DNA from: a virus
Taxonomy: Duplodnaviria > Caudoviricetes
IMG/VR virus record: IMGVR_UViG_3300027159_000011
Coordinates: 1-31,422 of that record
Length of the DNA: 31,422 nucleotides
Reading direction: 5' to 3' (one strand)
Below, one piece after another: positions 17,676-26,211 of the stretch. The notes beneath the pieces are model-generated. The model made no database searches, was not told the origin of the DNA, and saw nothing but the letters and a program-made list of their open reading frames with translations. The stretch's first letter is position 1, and each line of letters starts with the position of its first letter. The translations under genes and the position numbers were made by a program.

Positions 17676-19127
17676 TTATTTAAATAATGCTTTAAATTCT
17701 GACGTCATTTCAGCAGTAAAGTTTGGAGCTGCCCTGAAATTACCCTTATATCTTAACACAATATGTGCTATTTGTACAGTGCCAATCATCAAAGTAAACT
17801 TAAGATTTGCAGCACCGGCACCAGGATCGTATGCTTGTGTAGCGCCTGGAGTTAAAATCATTTTAGCATCACCTTTACTAAATAGATCGTCTATTAGAGA
17901 TGAAGAAGATTCGATGTCCTTATATTCACCTGCCTCAACAACAACTCCTTTACGAGCTCCGTAATCACCAACACCAGTAACAAGCGCAAAGTCAAAGTTA
18001 ACTTTCTTTAATTCTTTTAGATCTGATTTAAAAATTAATTGGATTAACTGATTAGCAATTAGATCACTATTATCATTAATGGTTTTAGCCATAGTTTTAA
18101 ATAATGTTTTCTTACCTTTAAGTACTCTATTGACTAGATCATTCGGTATTCTTTGGATATATTGCTTCCAATTTTTAGAAGTCGGTCTGCTTTTCTTTAG
18201 CTCTTTTTGCATTTCAGGCGATAGAATTTTAAGCCTTTGTGCTACCTTAATGACATGAACATAGAATGCTCCGGCATCAGCATCAATTTGTGTTCTTAAT
18301 TTATCAAACTTTCTATCAGCTAGAAGAGTGGTGAATGCTTTATTAATAAGAGTTGGATCACCTTCAGTAGATCTTCTCTTTTTCTTCAATGAAATACCAC
18401 AGTAATTTGAACCTTTCTTAATAATAAAATCAGAAGAGTTAAAGTCTTTCATTCCATATTTAGTTCTTTGAAATTCTGTAACGTCGTCGTCCCATGCCTG
18501 GCCTGTAAGATAAAGCATATCAGCACCACCATAACCAGCTTTAATGATAGCATTTGCTGCGGATACAGCTTGACATAGATTAGAATAGTTACCCTCTAAT
18601 GAATCTACTTGCCCCTGCTTATAGCCTTTAACCTTTCGCAGATTACCTTTTACTAATTCAATCAATGCATCCATTTCATCTGAGTTAGTAATGTTGTGTG
18701 CTCTAGGGAATAAACATAGAGCTGCAGTCATTAATTCATGTGGATCATCACCTAATGCACTTCGGCCACCTAATGGTCTAAGGTTAACATATACATATTT
18801 TTCTAAATCTTTATGGCCAAAAGCGTAGTCTTTTTCTTTACGAGCGGCGGGAACTTTATCCATCATTAGTTCTAAATCTGGATGTGCGTCAATGATATCT
18901 CTTGCAAGACCTGCAAACTTTTCACGATCTTTGTCAGGTGCTCTTTGACTAACGCCTAGTTTTCTTCCACTGTTTTTTCCAGGTCGTACATCTACTTCAA
19001 TTTCTGTATTGATTGAGCCGATCTCATCGTCAATCTTAGAAAGAACAGACAATGCAAATGTGGTATCACTACCACTGTATTGCAAATCGTCTAAATCTTC
19101 AGGTAAAAAAGTTTTAAAGCCGCGCAT
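17676..19127 (-). CDS. putative PD-(D/E)xK restriction-endonuclease-fold protein
   Basis: PHELMTA helix Glu, then SSDFII..GISLKK (D..SLK variant); MRGFKTFLPE N-terminus. Confidence 0.55.
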   Translation of the reverse strand: MRGFKTFLPEDLDDLQYSGSDTTFALSVLSKIDDEIGSINTEIEVDVRPGKNSGRKLGVSQRAPDKDREKFAGLARDIIDAHPDLELMMDKVPAARKEKDYAFGHKDLEKYVYVNLRPLGGRSALGDDPHELMTAALCLFPRAHNITNSDEMDALIELVKGNLRKVKGYKQGQVDSLEGNYSNLCQAVSAANAIIKAGYGGADMLYLTGQAWDDDVTEFQRTKYGMKDFNSSDFIIKKGSNYCGISLKKKRRSTEGDPTLINKAFTTLLADRKFDKLRTQIDADAGAFYVHVIKVAQRLKILSPEMQKELKKSRPTSKNWKQYIQRIPNDLVNRVLKGKKTLFKTMAKTINDNSDLIANQLIQLIFKSDLKELKKVNFDFALVTGVGDYGARKGVVVEAGEYKDIESSSSLIDDLFSKGDAKMILTPGATQAYDPGAGAANLKFTLMIGTVQIAHIVLRYKGNFRAAPNFTAEMTSEFKALFK

Positions 19128-19160
19128 TCTAAGTCCCTTACAAATAAGTTATTATTAATC

Positions 19161-19168
19161 TATTTATA
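19161..19168 (-). promoter_or_regulatory. T4 late (gp55-dependent) promoter
   Basis: Exact TATAAATA 33 nt upstream of the ATG at 19127, at the head of the internal-protein block. Confidence 0.8.
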
Positions 19169-19313
19169 CTTTTTTGAAACTAAACTCTACGGTATATCCT
19201 TTTTGTTTAAATTGATTGTATGATTCCCATGCAGTTTTCTTAGAATCATAAAGGCATTGGGCGATTGTGGTATCGCCCTTGGTAACTTTAACTATCCAAC
19301 TATCGAGCAGCAT
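19164..19313 (-). CDS. small hypothetical protein (49 aa, not in ORF track)
   Basis: Hand translation MLLDSWIVKVTKGDTTIAQCLYDSKKTAWESYNQFKQKGYTVEFSFKKV; fills the gap and overlaps the upstream gene end. Confidence 0.6.
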   Translation of the reverse strand: MLLDSWIVKVTKGDTTIAQCLYDSKKTAWESYNQFKQKGYTVEFSFKKV

Positions 19314-19614
19314 GGACATATACATCGATTCTTTCAGCGTGTCTTAGTGGAAGACATGAATCATAAGCTCTTGGACTACGACCATCAGCAATAGCAGCTG
19401 CTCTGCGTGGACCGCGTGGCATTAAGGAAACACGATATTTAGGTGTAACATCTTTCCAATCATCATAACCATGCTCACAGCGATATTGATTCATTGTATC
19501 AGTTTGCTTAGCCATTTTATTAACAGCTTTAATTGAATTTCTCAACAGTTCAATCTGTTGCATATCAGTAGCCGAATTTACATCAGCTGTAAAAATAAAA
19601 GAATTAGTTCTCAT
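19300..19614 (-). CDS. hypothetical early protein
   Basis: Likely start MRTNSF; YRVSLMPRGPR motif; in a small-gene run after an early promoter. Confidence 0.7.
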   Translation of the reverse strand: MRTNSFIFTADVNSATDMQQIELLRNSIKAVNKMAKQTDTMNQYRCEHGYDDWKDVTPKYRVSLMPRGPRRAAAIADGRSPRAYDSCLPLRHAERIDVYVHAAR

Positions 19615-19768
19615 AATCAATACCTATATCACTTCCAACATTATTTTGATACCAGAATGATCTGGCTTCGTATTCATCACCGCCGAATAGATTAGAACAC
19701 TCGAGGATAAACTCCTCGAGGCTCATAGTTTCAACTGAATCAAATAAAACGTCCTTTAGTTTACTCAT
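19604..19768 (-). CDS. small acidic hypothetical protein
   Basis: Likely start MSKLKD after GGGGA; coupled to its neighbours. Confidence 0.6.
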   Translation of the reverse strand: MSKLKDVLFDSVETMSLEEFILECSNLFGGDEYEARSFWYQNNVGSDIGIDYEN

Positions 19769-19770
19769 AA

Positions 19771-20103
19771 TTAAATCCCCGTCCATCTAACATCTTCTTC
19801 GTTGTAATTAAAGATGTTACCTCTAGCAAAGTTAGTAGCTGGTTTGTTGTAACCAGCAGCCATCAGCATATCACCAATTTGAAATGGTGAATTAGTTTTG
19901 TTATCGATTTTGGTTTTAGGGGATTTTTTGACGATGAATCCAGCTACCGAAGATCGGTCGCCACTTCTTCTTATAAGTTTGATATAGTTGCGACCTTCTT
20001 CAAAGGTGTAATGATCGCTATGAATTGTATGCTCAAAACGATCATGTAGCTGCTTTTCCATAATGGAGATAAGCTCTTGTGTCTTTTCAATTAAGTCTTT
20101 CAT
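19771..20103 (-). CDS. conserved phage hypothetical protein
   Basis: GRNYIKL..SVAGFI..GDMLMAAGYNKPA..ARGNI pattern, recalled from marine T4-like early genes; AAGGA SD. Confidence 0.75.
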   Translation of the reverse strand: MKDLIEKTQELISIMEKQLHDRFEHTIHSDHYTFEEGRNYIKLIRRSGDRSSVAGFIVKKSPKTKIDNKTNSPFQIGDMLMAAGYNKPATNFARGNIFNYNEEDVRWTGI

Positions 20104-20136
20104 AATGTAAATATCCTTTGATTAATTTATGGTACT

Positions 20137-20165
20137 ATTATATCAACATATACGGACTTTGTACA
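20137..20165 (-). promoter_or_regulatory. T4-early-type promoter
   Basis: TGTACA-N17-TATAAT with extended TG. Confidence 0.8.
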
Positions 20166-20198
20166 GGGCAACAAGAGACTAATCTCTTAAATTTGGTC

Positions 20199-20369
20199 TC
20201 AGCTTGGATCTTCAGATGCTACCGTGGTATAGATTCCATATAGTAAACCAGCCCAAGCTAGTAAGTTTGCAATACCACCAAATAAAATAACTGAACCACA
20301 GATGATCATAAGTGATGCACCGTCTAAAGTAGTTCTTTCACCGCTACGTTCTTTTAACCATTTTAACAT
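20199..20369 (-). CDS. small membrane protein (56 aa, not in ORF track)
   Basis: Hand translation MLKWLKERSGERTTLDGASLMIICGSVILFGGIANLLAWAGLLYGIYTTVASEDPS; AGGAG SD; hydrophobic hairpin. Confidence 0.8.
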   Translation of the reverse strand: MLKWLKERSGERTTLDGASLMIICGSVILFGGIANLLAWAGLLYGIYTTVASEDPS

Positions 20370-20378
20370 AATATTCTC

Positions 20379-21770
20379 CTAGATTTTAAATTCAGCAAAC
20401 GTGTCTTTATTCTCATTGTTACCCCACGTTGCTATTGGTTTGTCTGCCGCAGGATCCGATACAAGATCCTGTTGGGCAGACTCTTCTGCATCATATAATT
20501 TCATGCGGGAGCGATCAATACCGACTACGAATCTTTTGTACTTGGTAGGATCGTTATATCGGTTCTTTAGCTGTTTTACCATGATCTGGCCAAGTTCTTC
20601 AAGTTCCTCTGTAGATATAAGAGCGAACATTAAGTCTGCCGTAGCTGGTAAACCAAAAGATTCCGATGTATCTTCAAGTCCAACGTCAGTGTTACCAAAA
20701 CCAGAACGTGTTGTCTGAGTAGCTGACATGATTGGAACATTGAACTCAACAGCAAGGCCTCGTAATTCTTCCGCGATAGCTTTGATGTAAGTGTAACTAT
20801 TTATACTGCCACCCATAGCCTTCATGCGACTTGAGGCGCAGATGTTTAGGTAATCAATATAAATCATATCTGGTTTAAAGTTCTTCTTCATTTTAAGTTC
20901 GTTCAGAAGTGCTCTAAAGTGACCAGTATGTGCTGAGCCAGTTGGATATTCTTTGACGATTAGCTTACCAATACTTGCTTTAGCAATAGCAGCAATCTTG
21001 TCTTTGAATACTTTTTCTGGCACTCGTTCGAGTTGTTCAATAGGTAGATCCATTAGGTTAGCATCAATACGCTCAGCGATACGTTCTTCAGCCATTTCCA
21101 TAGTAATGTATAGAACATTCTTACCTTGCTGTAGAATCGAAGCTGCACAATGACACATAAACAAAGATTTACCAACACCAGTACCAGCCAAAGCGATATT
21201 CAGTGTTTTATTGGGTAACCCACCTTTTGTAATTTTATTGAAGTAATCCAAGTCAAACGGTATACGATCTTCCTTTTTATTGTAAAATTCAAATCGTTCC
21301 GCTGAGTTGTCAATGTAATCATGACCAATAGCTTGATCAAAGGAAACACCGAGGGCTTCAGATAGAATCTCTGGAATAGCACCATCGGTTTTTTCTTTCT
21401 CGTTACCATCAATAATTTGAATTGATTCCATGATCGCGTTATAGACAGCACGATCACGGCACCATTTCTCAGACTCTTTAATTAGATACTCAGTATCGAC
21501 ATCAGTTTTCACAGCAATTTGATCTATCAGCTGATTAGCACTATTGAGTATTTCATCAGGTGCACTGATCTTACCTAGCTCAAGCTGTAAAACCTTTGAT
21601 GTCGGAAGCTTATTCGTTTGTTGAACAAACTTCACGATCATGTCAAATACGGTCTTATGAGTACTTTCAAAATACTCAGGCTTAATGTAAGGTATTACTC
21701 TACGACAAAATTCTTCATTATTCAGTAGGTGATTCAGAATGTGTGTCGGTAGTTGGTTCGATATTTCCAA
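20379..21770 (-). CDS. 41: replicative DNA helicase gp41 (DnaB-like)
   Basis: LAGTGVGKS, YITMEMAEE, KEYPT, IDYLNI, SATQTTR, ESFGLPATAD and KQLKNRY motifs. Confidence 0.96.
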   Translation of the reverse strand: MEISNQLPTHILNHLLNNEEFCRRVIPYIKPEYFESTHKTVFDMIVKFVQQTNKLPTSKVLQLELGKISAPDEILNSANQLIDQIAVKTDVDTEYLIKESEKWCRDRAVYNAIMESIQIIDGNEKEKTDGAIPEILSEALGVSFDQAIGHDYIDNSAERFEFYNKKEDRIPFDLDYFNKITKGGLPNKTLNIALAGTGVGKSLFMCHCAASILQQGKNVLYITMEMAEERIAERIDANLMDLPIEQLERVPEKVFKDKIAAIAKASIGKLIVKEYPTGSAHTGHFRALLNELKMKKNFKPDMIYIDYLNICASSRMKAMGGSINSYTYIKAIAEELRGLAVEFNVPIMSATQTTRSGFGNTDVGLEDTSESFGLPATADLMFALISTEELEELGQIMVKQLKNRYNDPTKYKRFVVGIDRSRMKLYDAEESAQQDLVSDPAADKPIATWGNNENKDTFAEFKI

Positions 21771-22071
21771 TTTTTGCCTCTTTGTTTTCCAATGAATCTA
21801 ATATAATAAAGTTTAATAGGTCACCAAGATAATCATTAAAATCTGAATTTGATTCCAGCTCTTCAATGTCATAATCTGCTGGATCTTGTATGGCGTAATT
21901 AAATGACATTGTAGCAGTGTCATTTTCTGTGTCTTCCTTGACTGTCACCTTTCCATAGACTACTACTACATTTTTCCATTTACCAGCTTTAAGCTTAACA
22001 CCATAAAAATCACCAAATCCTGATGCGTCATTTTCTACTAGCGCATAATCTGCTGAGGTAATATTAAGCAC
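21718..22071 (-). CDS. acidic hypothetical protein at the gp40 position
   Basis: Lies between uvsX and 41, as T4 gene 40 does; likely GTG start at 22071. Homology to gp40 is not evident by eye. Confidence 0.6.
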   Translation of the reverse strand: MLNITSADYALVENDASGFGDFYGVKLKAGKWKNVVVVYGKVTVKEDTENDTATMSFNYAIQDPADYDIEELESNSDFNDYLGDLLNFIILDSLENKEAKIGNIEPTTDTHSESPTE

Positions 22072-23131
22072 CGCGCGCCTCTTCTTCAATTACTTCGTCA
22101 AGATCAATCTCTAACATTGGCTTATGGCCAATAGAATAGTAAGCTTTTAAGAACTCTTTAAAGTTAGTAGTTTCAAAGATTGGTTCCCAGAACTCAGCTG
22201 TTAGCGTATCCTTTTCGCGATACTTCTGATCCATCTGCTCACCTGTATTTTGGTCTACTTTAGCATACCAACCCATACTTGGTTTAGTAACATAACCACC
22301 GGCTAATCCAACTTCTAGTAAGCCAGAGTATTGCTCGATGCCACCGTCCCACGATACTGTAATGGGTACTTTAGATTTTTCTTTTACAAAGCGTGATTTT
22401 TCTACGTTGATCACAAAGTTATAGCCTTTGACTTCCTTGCCTTTCTTAACTTGTTGACGGCCAAGAATCCAGATGTTATCCGCACTATAGTAAATACCAG
22501 TACCACCAGATACGATAGCCTTAGGGAATAATCCAATCTCTTGATATGTATGATTGACTGCAAGCAATGGAATATTTCTCATTGTTAGATATGGTGTTAC
22601 CATTCTAAACAAGCCTTTAAGTGCTTTAGCTCGAGACATATCTGCTACTGATTTCTCATCCTTAGCATCTTGCAATTCTTTCTTAGAAGCAAGGTTACCA
22701 ATAGAATCGATTACGATAATGACTTTGTCTTTACGTTCAATTTCTTCAAGTTGGTTTACAAGATCAAACTTGAGTTGCTCAACGTCGACAATTGGTGTAT
22801 GCAATACACGATTAGTATCAATGCCGAATGATTCGAAGTAAGATTGTGGTGAACCAAACTCTGAATCATAGAATAACAATACCGCGTCGTCATGCTCTTT
22901 AAGATATGCACCTGCCATCAACAAAGCAAACGAAGTCTTAAAGTGTTTACTTGGACCAGCAAGAACTGTAAGACCTGAGGTTAAACCACCATCGACATCG
23001 CCAGATAGCGCGATATTGATCATTGGTACATCAGTCTTTACCATATCTTTTTCTGTAAAGAATACTGAGTTTTTAAGTATTGCTGTACCCTTAACTCTAC
23101 TATTCTTTTTTAATTTATCCATTACGGACAT
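22064..23131 (-). CDS. uvsX: RecA-like recombinase UvsX
   Basis: AGPSKHFKT, FYDSEFG, IDSIGNLASKKE and SGGTGIYYSA match T4 UvsX. Confidence 0.96.
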   Translation of the reverse strand: MSVMDKLKKNSRVKGTAILKNSVFFTEKDMVKTDVPMINIALSGDVDGGLTSGLTVLAGPSKHFKTSFALLMAGAYLKEHDDAVLLFYDSEFGSPQSYFESFGIDTNRVLHTPIVDVEQLKFDLVNQLEEIERKDKVIIVIDSIGNLASKKELQDAKDEKSVADMSRAKALKGLFRMVTPYLTMRNIPLLAVNHTYQEIGLFPKAIVSGGTGIYYSADNIWILGRQQVKKGKEVKGYNFVINVEKSRFVKEKSKVPITVSWDGGIEQYSGLLEVGLAGGYVTKPSMGWYAKVDQNTGEQMDQKYREKDTLTAEFWEPIFETTNFKEFLKAYYSIGHKPMLEIDLDEVIEEEARGA

Positions 23132-23373
23132 TATGATCTACTCCTCGGTTGTTCCCAACCAGTTTGTGCTAGTTGTCTTTCTTTCTTACGCCATCTAATG
23201 ATGGATTCTGCTTTCTTTCTTTTCTTCTTCGAAGTTGGTTTTTCATAGAACTCTTTTTCTTTTGCTTTTTGCAAAGTACCAGCTCGTTCTACAGACTTCT
23301 TGAATTTTCTCATAGCCACTTCAAATGGCATTTCTTTTTTCTTGCCTTTGGCTGTTAAGTCTACGCTTGGCAT
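23131..23373 (-). CDS. rpsU: ribosomal protein bS21
   Basis: FEVAMRKFKK..AG..EFYEKPT..KRKK signature; AGGAG SD. Confidence 0.9.
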   Translation of the reverse strand: MPSVDLTAKGKKKEMPFEVAMRKFKKSVERAGTLQKAKEKEFYEKPTSKKKRKKAESIIRWRKKERQLAQTGWEQPRSRS

Positions 23374-23399
23374 ATTTTCTCCTAGTTAATTAATGTGTT

Positions 23400-23428
23400 A
23401 TTATATCACAGTTTCACTCGATTGTACA
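23400..23428 (-). promoter_or_regulatory. T4-early-type promoter for rpsU-uvsX-41
   Basis: TGTACA-N17-TATAAT with TGTGA extension. Confidence 0.8.
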
Positions 23429-24246
23429 TGGTTAAATGAGATATTTTGCTCTTTTTCTCTTTCATCTCGTTCGTACTGTGATCTGTATCCGTTGTTGATT
23501 TCTATGGCTTTAGCCAATAGGGTAAGTTTATCGCTGAACTTAGAAAAGGCGAGAGTATCTTTAGGGAAGCATGCTCCACCATATCCTTGTTTTCCATCAA
23601 ACCCTGGAACTTTAGTATGTGAAATACTAACACGATCATCAGCACCTACTGCTTTAATTACCTTATTGAAGTTTACGTTACCATGTGCGTTACATGCGTC
23701 ATATAGCTGGTTAAAGAAAGTTACTTTAGTTGCTAGGAAAGAATTAATAGCATACTTTACGAAACTTGCTTCTGCCTTACTTACATTGAATGATGGACAT
23801 GGAGTACACAAACTATACTCTTGGTAATATCTTTCTAATAGTTCACATTGCTCTTCTTCGCCGCCAAAGATATGGAACTCTGGATTTACAAACTGTTCGC
23901 ATGCAGATCGTTCGGTTAGAAACTCTGGATTGTATACGACATTTGTTTGTGAATACTTGTCAATTGTCGATGGAGTAATAGTCGATTTAATCACGACTAA
24001 ACCAGATACATCAGATAAATCTGCCATTACCTCATCAAGAATAGCAGTGTTAATATCACCATCATCTTGCATAGGTGTAGGAACACAGATAAACGTAAGA
24101 TCTGGATTCCAATTAGCTAATGCTTTCACATCTTCAGGTGTTGATCCATAATTAGGGTCTAGGATTTTCTTTTCTACTACTGGATTGCTAAATCCATAAT
24201 CTACTGCTTTGCCAACGAAACCGTGGCCGATAACTGCTACTTTCAT
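23401..24246 (-). CDS. UDP-glucose/GDP-mannose 6-dehydrogenase family (short form)
   Basis: GHGFVG, FICVPTP, IKSTI, NPEFL, KYAINSFLATKV and GYGGACFPKD; start MKVAVIG after GGAGG. Confidence 0.9.
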   Translation of the reverse strand: MKVAVIGHGFVGKAVDYGFSNPVVEKKILDPNYGSTPEDVKALANWNPDLTFICVPTPMQDDGDINTAILDEVMADLSDVSGLVVIKSTITPSTIDKYSQTNVVYNPEFLTERSACEQFVNPEFHIFGGEEEQCELLERYYQEYSLCTPCPSFNVSKAEASFVKYAINSFLATKVTFFNQLYDACNAHGNVNFNKVIKAVGADDRVSISHTKVPGFDGKQGYGGACFPKDTLAFSKFSDKLTLLAKAIEINNGYRSQYERDEREKEQNISFNHVQSSETVI

Positions 24247-24247
24247 T

Positions 24248-24997
24248 TTAGTCCTCCAATATATGATGTTGTGGTTGCCATCCATGACTTAATAGCACCG
24301 TTGGGTTTGCACATGTATTTTCTCTCTCACCTGTTACCGCTTTAACTGGTAAATTGTTTCCAGGCCAGATTTTGTCAGCCATTTCTTTTACTGTAACCGG
24401 TTGTCCATTGCCGACATCGATTGCCTTTTCTGGTATCTTATCATAGTTATCTACACATAAAGCGATAGCTAAGCAAACGTCGTCAACATGAGTCCAATCC
24501 CTAGTATGCTCAGTAATGTAAGTTAATTTTGAATCTCGCTTCTGTAACATATCGTATAGCATATCCGTTCTACTATTTGGACCATAGACTGTATGGAATC
24601 TTAGTCCAATAGATCCATCAGGAGCTAAAGCCTCCATGGCGTACTTAGACGTCGCGTAAGGCGATAACCACCACTCGTATACTGATGATGATGACGCATA
24701 TACTATAGGAACATTGTATTTTTTACACGACTCGAATAAATGCTTTGATGCTACAACATTTGTTTCCCAATATTCGTCAGGAATCTCGTGTGATAATCTA
24801 ACACCTGCTAAAGCTGCAAGGTGTACTACCATATCATATTCACTTAAATCTATTCCTTTAGATTCGCGAATGTCTCCATTGAACTCTTCAATATCGTAGT
24901 CATCTTTATAAAGTTCTAAAAATCTTGATGCTATAAATCCTTTTCGGCCCAACCAAAGGCATTTAAAATTTGTTCCAGTTAATAATATTTTTTTCAT
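24248..24997 (-). CDS. NAD-dependent nucleotide-sugar epimerase/dehydratase (extended SDR)
   Basis: HLAALAGV, YASSSSVY, YATSK, LRFHTVYG and RDWTHVDD motifs. Confidence 0.88.
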   Translation of the reverse strand: MKKILLTGTNFKCLWLGRKGFIASRFLELYKDDYDIEEFNGDIRESKGIDLSEYDMVVHLAALAGVRLSHEIPDEYWETNVVASKHLFESCKKYNVPIVYASSSSVYEWWLSPYATSKYAMEALAPDGSIGLRFHTVYGPNSRTDMLYDMLQKRDSKLTYITEHTRDWTHVDDVCLAIALCVDNYDKIPEKAIDVGNGQPVTVKEMADKIWPGNNLPVKAVTGERENTCANPTVLLSHGWQPQHHILED

Positions 24998-26211
24998 AGA
25001 AAGTTCTCCAAGCTGTTTTCTGTTCGTTCGTAATCGTATTTTTGTGCTAAATTGTTTTGGAATAAGTATTTAGTATCGATCAAATCCCTTTGTTTATTTA
25101 GACAAGCTTGAACCTCTAGTGCCATATCTTTTGCAGTATAGAATGGAACGTTCTGGCAAATGTGATTATAGTTTTTCATTGGATCCACAACTTCAAGATC
25201 TGCAGGTAGACCCATAATAGCTTTACCTTCAGCAATTGAAAGATATCTATCTTCAACCGGATGCGCCACAACTTTAGGTAGATGAACCACGTATGCGCCA
25301 ATATAGTTTACTGGAATGATTGTACCACGAAGCATAATGCCACCGCCTGATTCTAGCTTTTTATGCTTGCGTCTAGCCTTTGCAGCTTCTCGTTCAAACT
25401 GTGGGAATTGATCCATCCACTCTGCAATAGTGTTATGCTTAATTCCCATCTTAAGTAATCTAGATTCTACTGTTACTGATTTGTCTTCGTGAGCAACTGA
25501 GGCAGAATAGTCAGCATGAGTCATTCCGTTATTGACAACCTCTAGCATATAGCGATAATAAGCATCGTCTTTACTTGGAGTTTTCTTATTTAAAATCTCA
25601 TGTTGGAACGAGGTATCTGCATTAAGAATTAACTCTTGAATAGTTGGACGTTCTTTCTTAATATAGTTAAACAGTGGAACACTATCGTTAAACTCGTCTT
25701 TTTTCCAGAAGAAAAAGAAAGTACGCTTACGGTATTGTGGGTTGCCGTGAAGCAAGCTTTTAGTTAGAAAGATAGAAAAATTATAACCATGCTCTTGACC
25801 AAGGTTGTAAAGTTTTTCTCTCATGAATCCACCAATCTTACCAGCTAGGCCTGGTGCGTTCTCACCCCATAGTACCTTTGGCTTAACTACTTTTAGTACG
25901 TACTCAGAGGATTTTTCCATCCATTGATTGTTTTGGTTTTCTTCACCGTGTGAATTGTGGTAAGTGCTTAAACCAGCACAAGGGCAAACTGAAGAAACAA
26001 CATCAACGTTCTCCATCGTAACACCATCAGGCAATTCATCAAGAACATGATAGGGAATGTCATGCCCTTTGTTCTTATAATGCTTAATTAAATGTTGCTC
26101 ATTGTCCATAAATCCAGAATAAGTCATTAAGTATTCTGGAGTCTTACCATACGCTTCGTCTGAAGCTAATATTTCACCACCAATTAGTGGTACAATTCCT
26201 GCGTGTCTCAT
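24994..26211 (-). CDS. divergent C5-cytosine DNA methyltransferase-fold protein
   Basis: PCAGLS (IV), ENAP (VI), QYRKRTFF (VIII), RYLSIAE..MGLP (IX); degenerate motif I (VPLIGG) and X (CQNVP). Confidence 0.75.
   Translation of the reverse strand: MRHAGIVPLIGGEILASDEAYGKTPEYLMTYSGFMDNEQHLIKHYKNKGHDIPYHVLDELPDGVTMENVDVVSSVCPCAGLSTYHNSHGEENQNNQWMEKSSEYVLKVVKPKVLWGENAPGLAGKIGGFMREKLYNLGQEHGYNFSIFLTKSLLHGNPQYRKRTFFFFWKKDEFNDSVPLFNYIKKERPTIQELILNADTSFQHEILNKKTPSKDDAYYRYMLEVVNNGMTHADYSASVAHEDKSVTVESRLLKMGIKHNTIAEWMDQFPQFEREAAKARRKHKKLESGGGIMLRGTIIPVNYIGAYVVHLPKVVAHPVEDRYLSIAEGKAIMGLPADLEVVDPMKNYNHICQNVPFYTAKDMALEVQACLNKQRDLIDTKYLFQNNLAQKYDYERTENSLENFL

Noticed and set aside
20172-20189. Hairpin AAGAGA-TTAG-TCTCTT as a terminator
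   Set aside because: AT-rich short stem and no proper U-tract; possible but unsupported.
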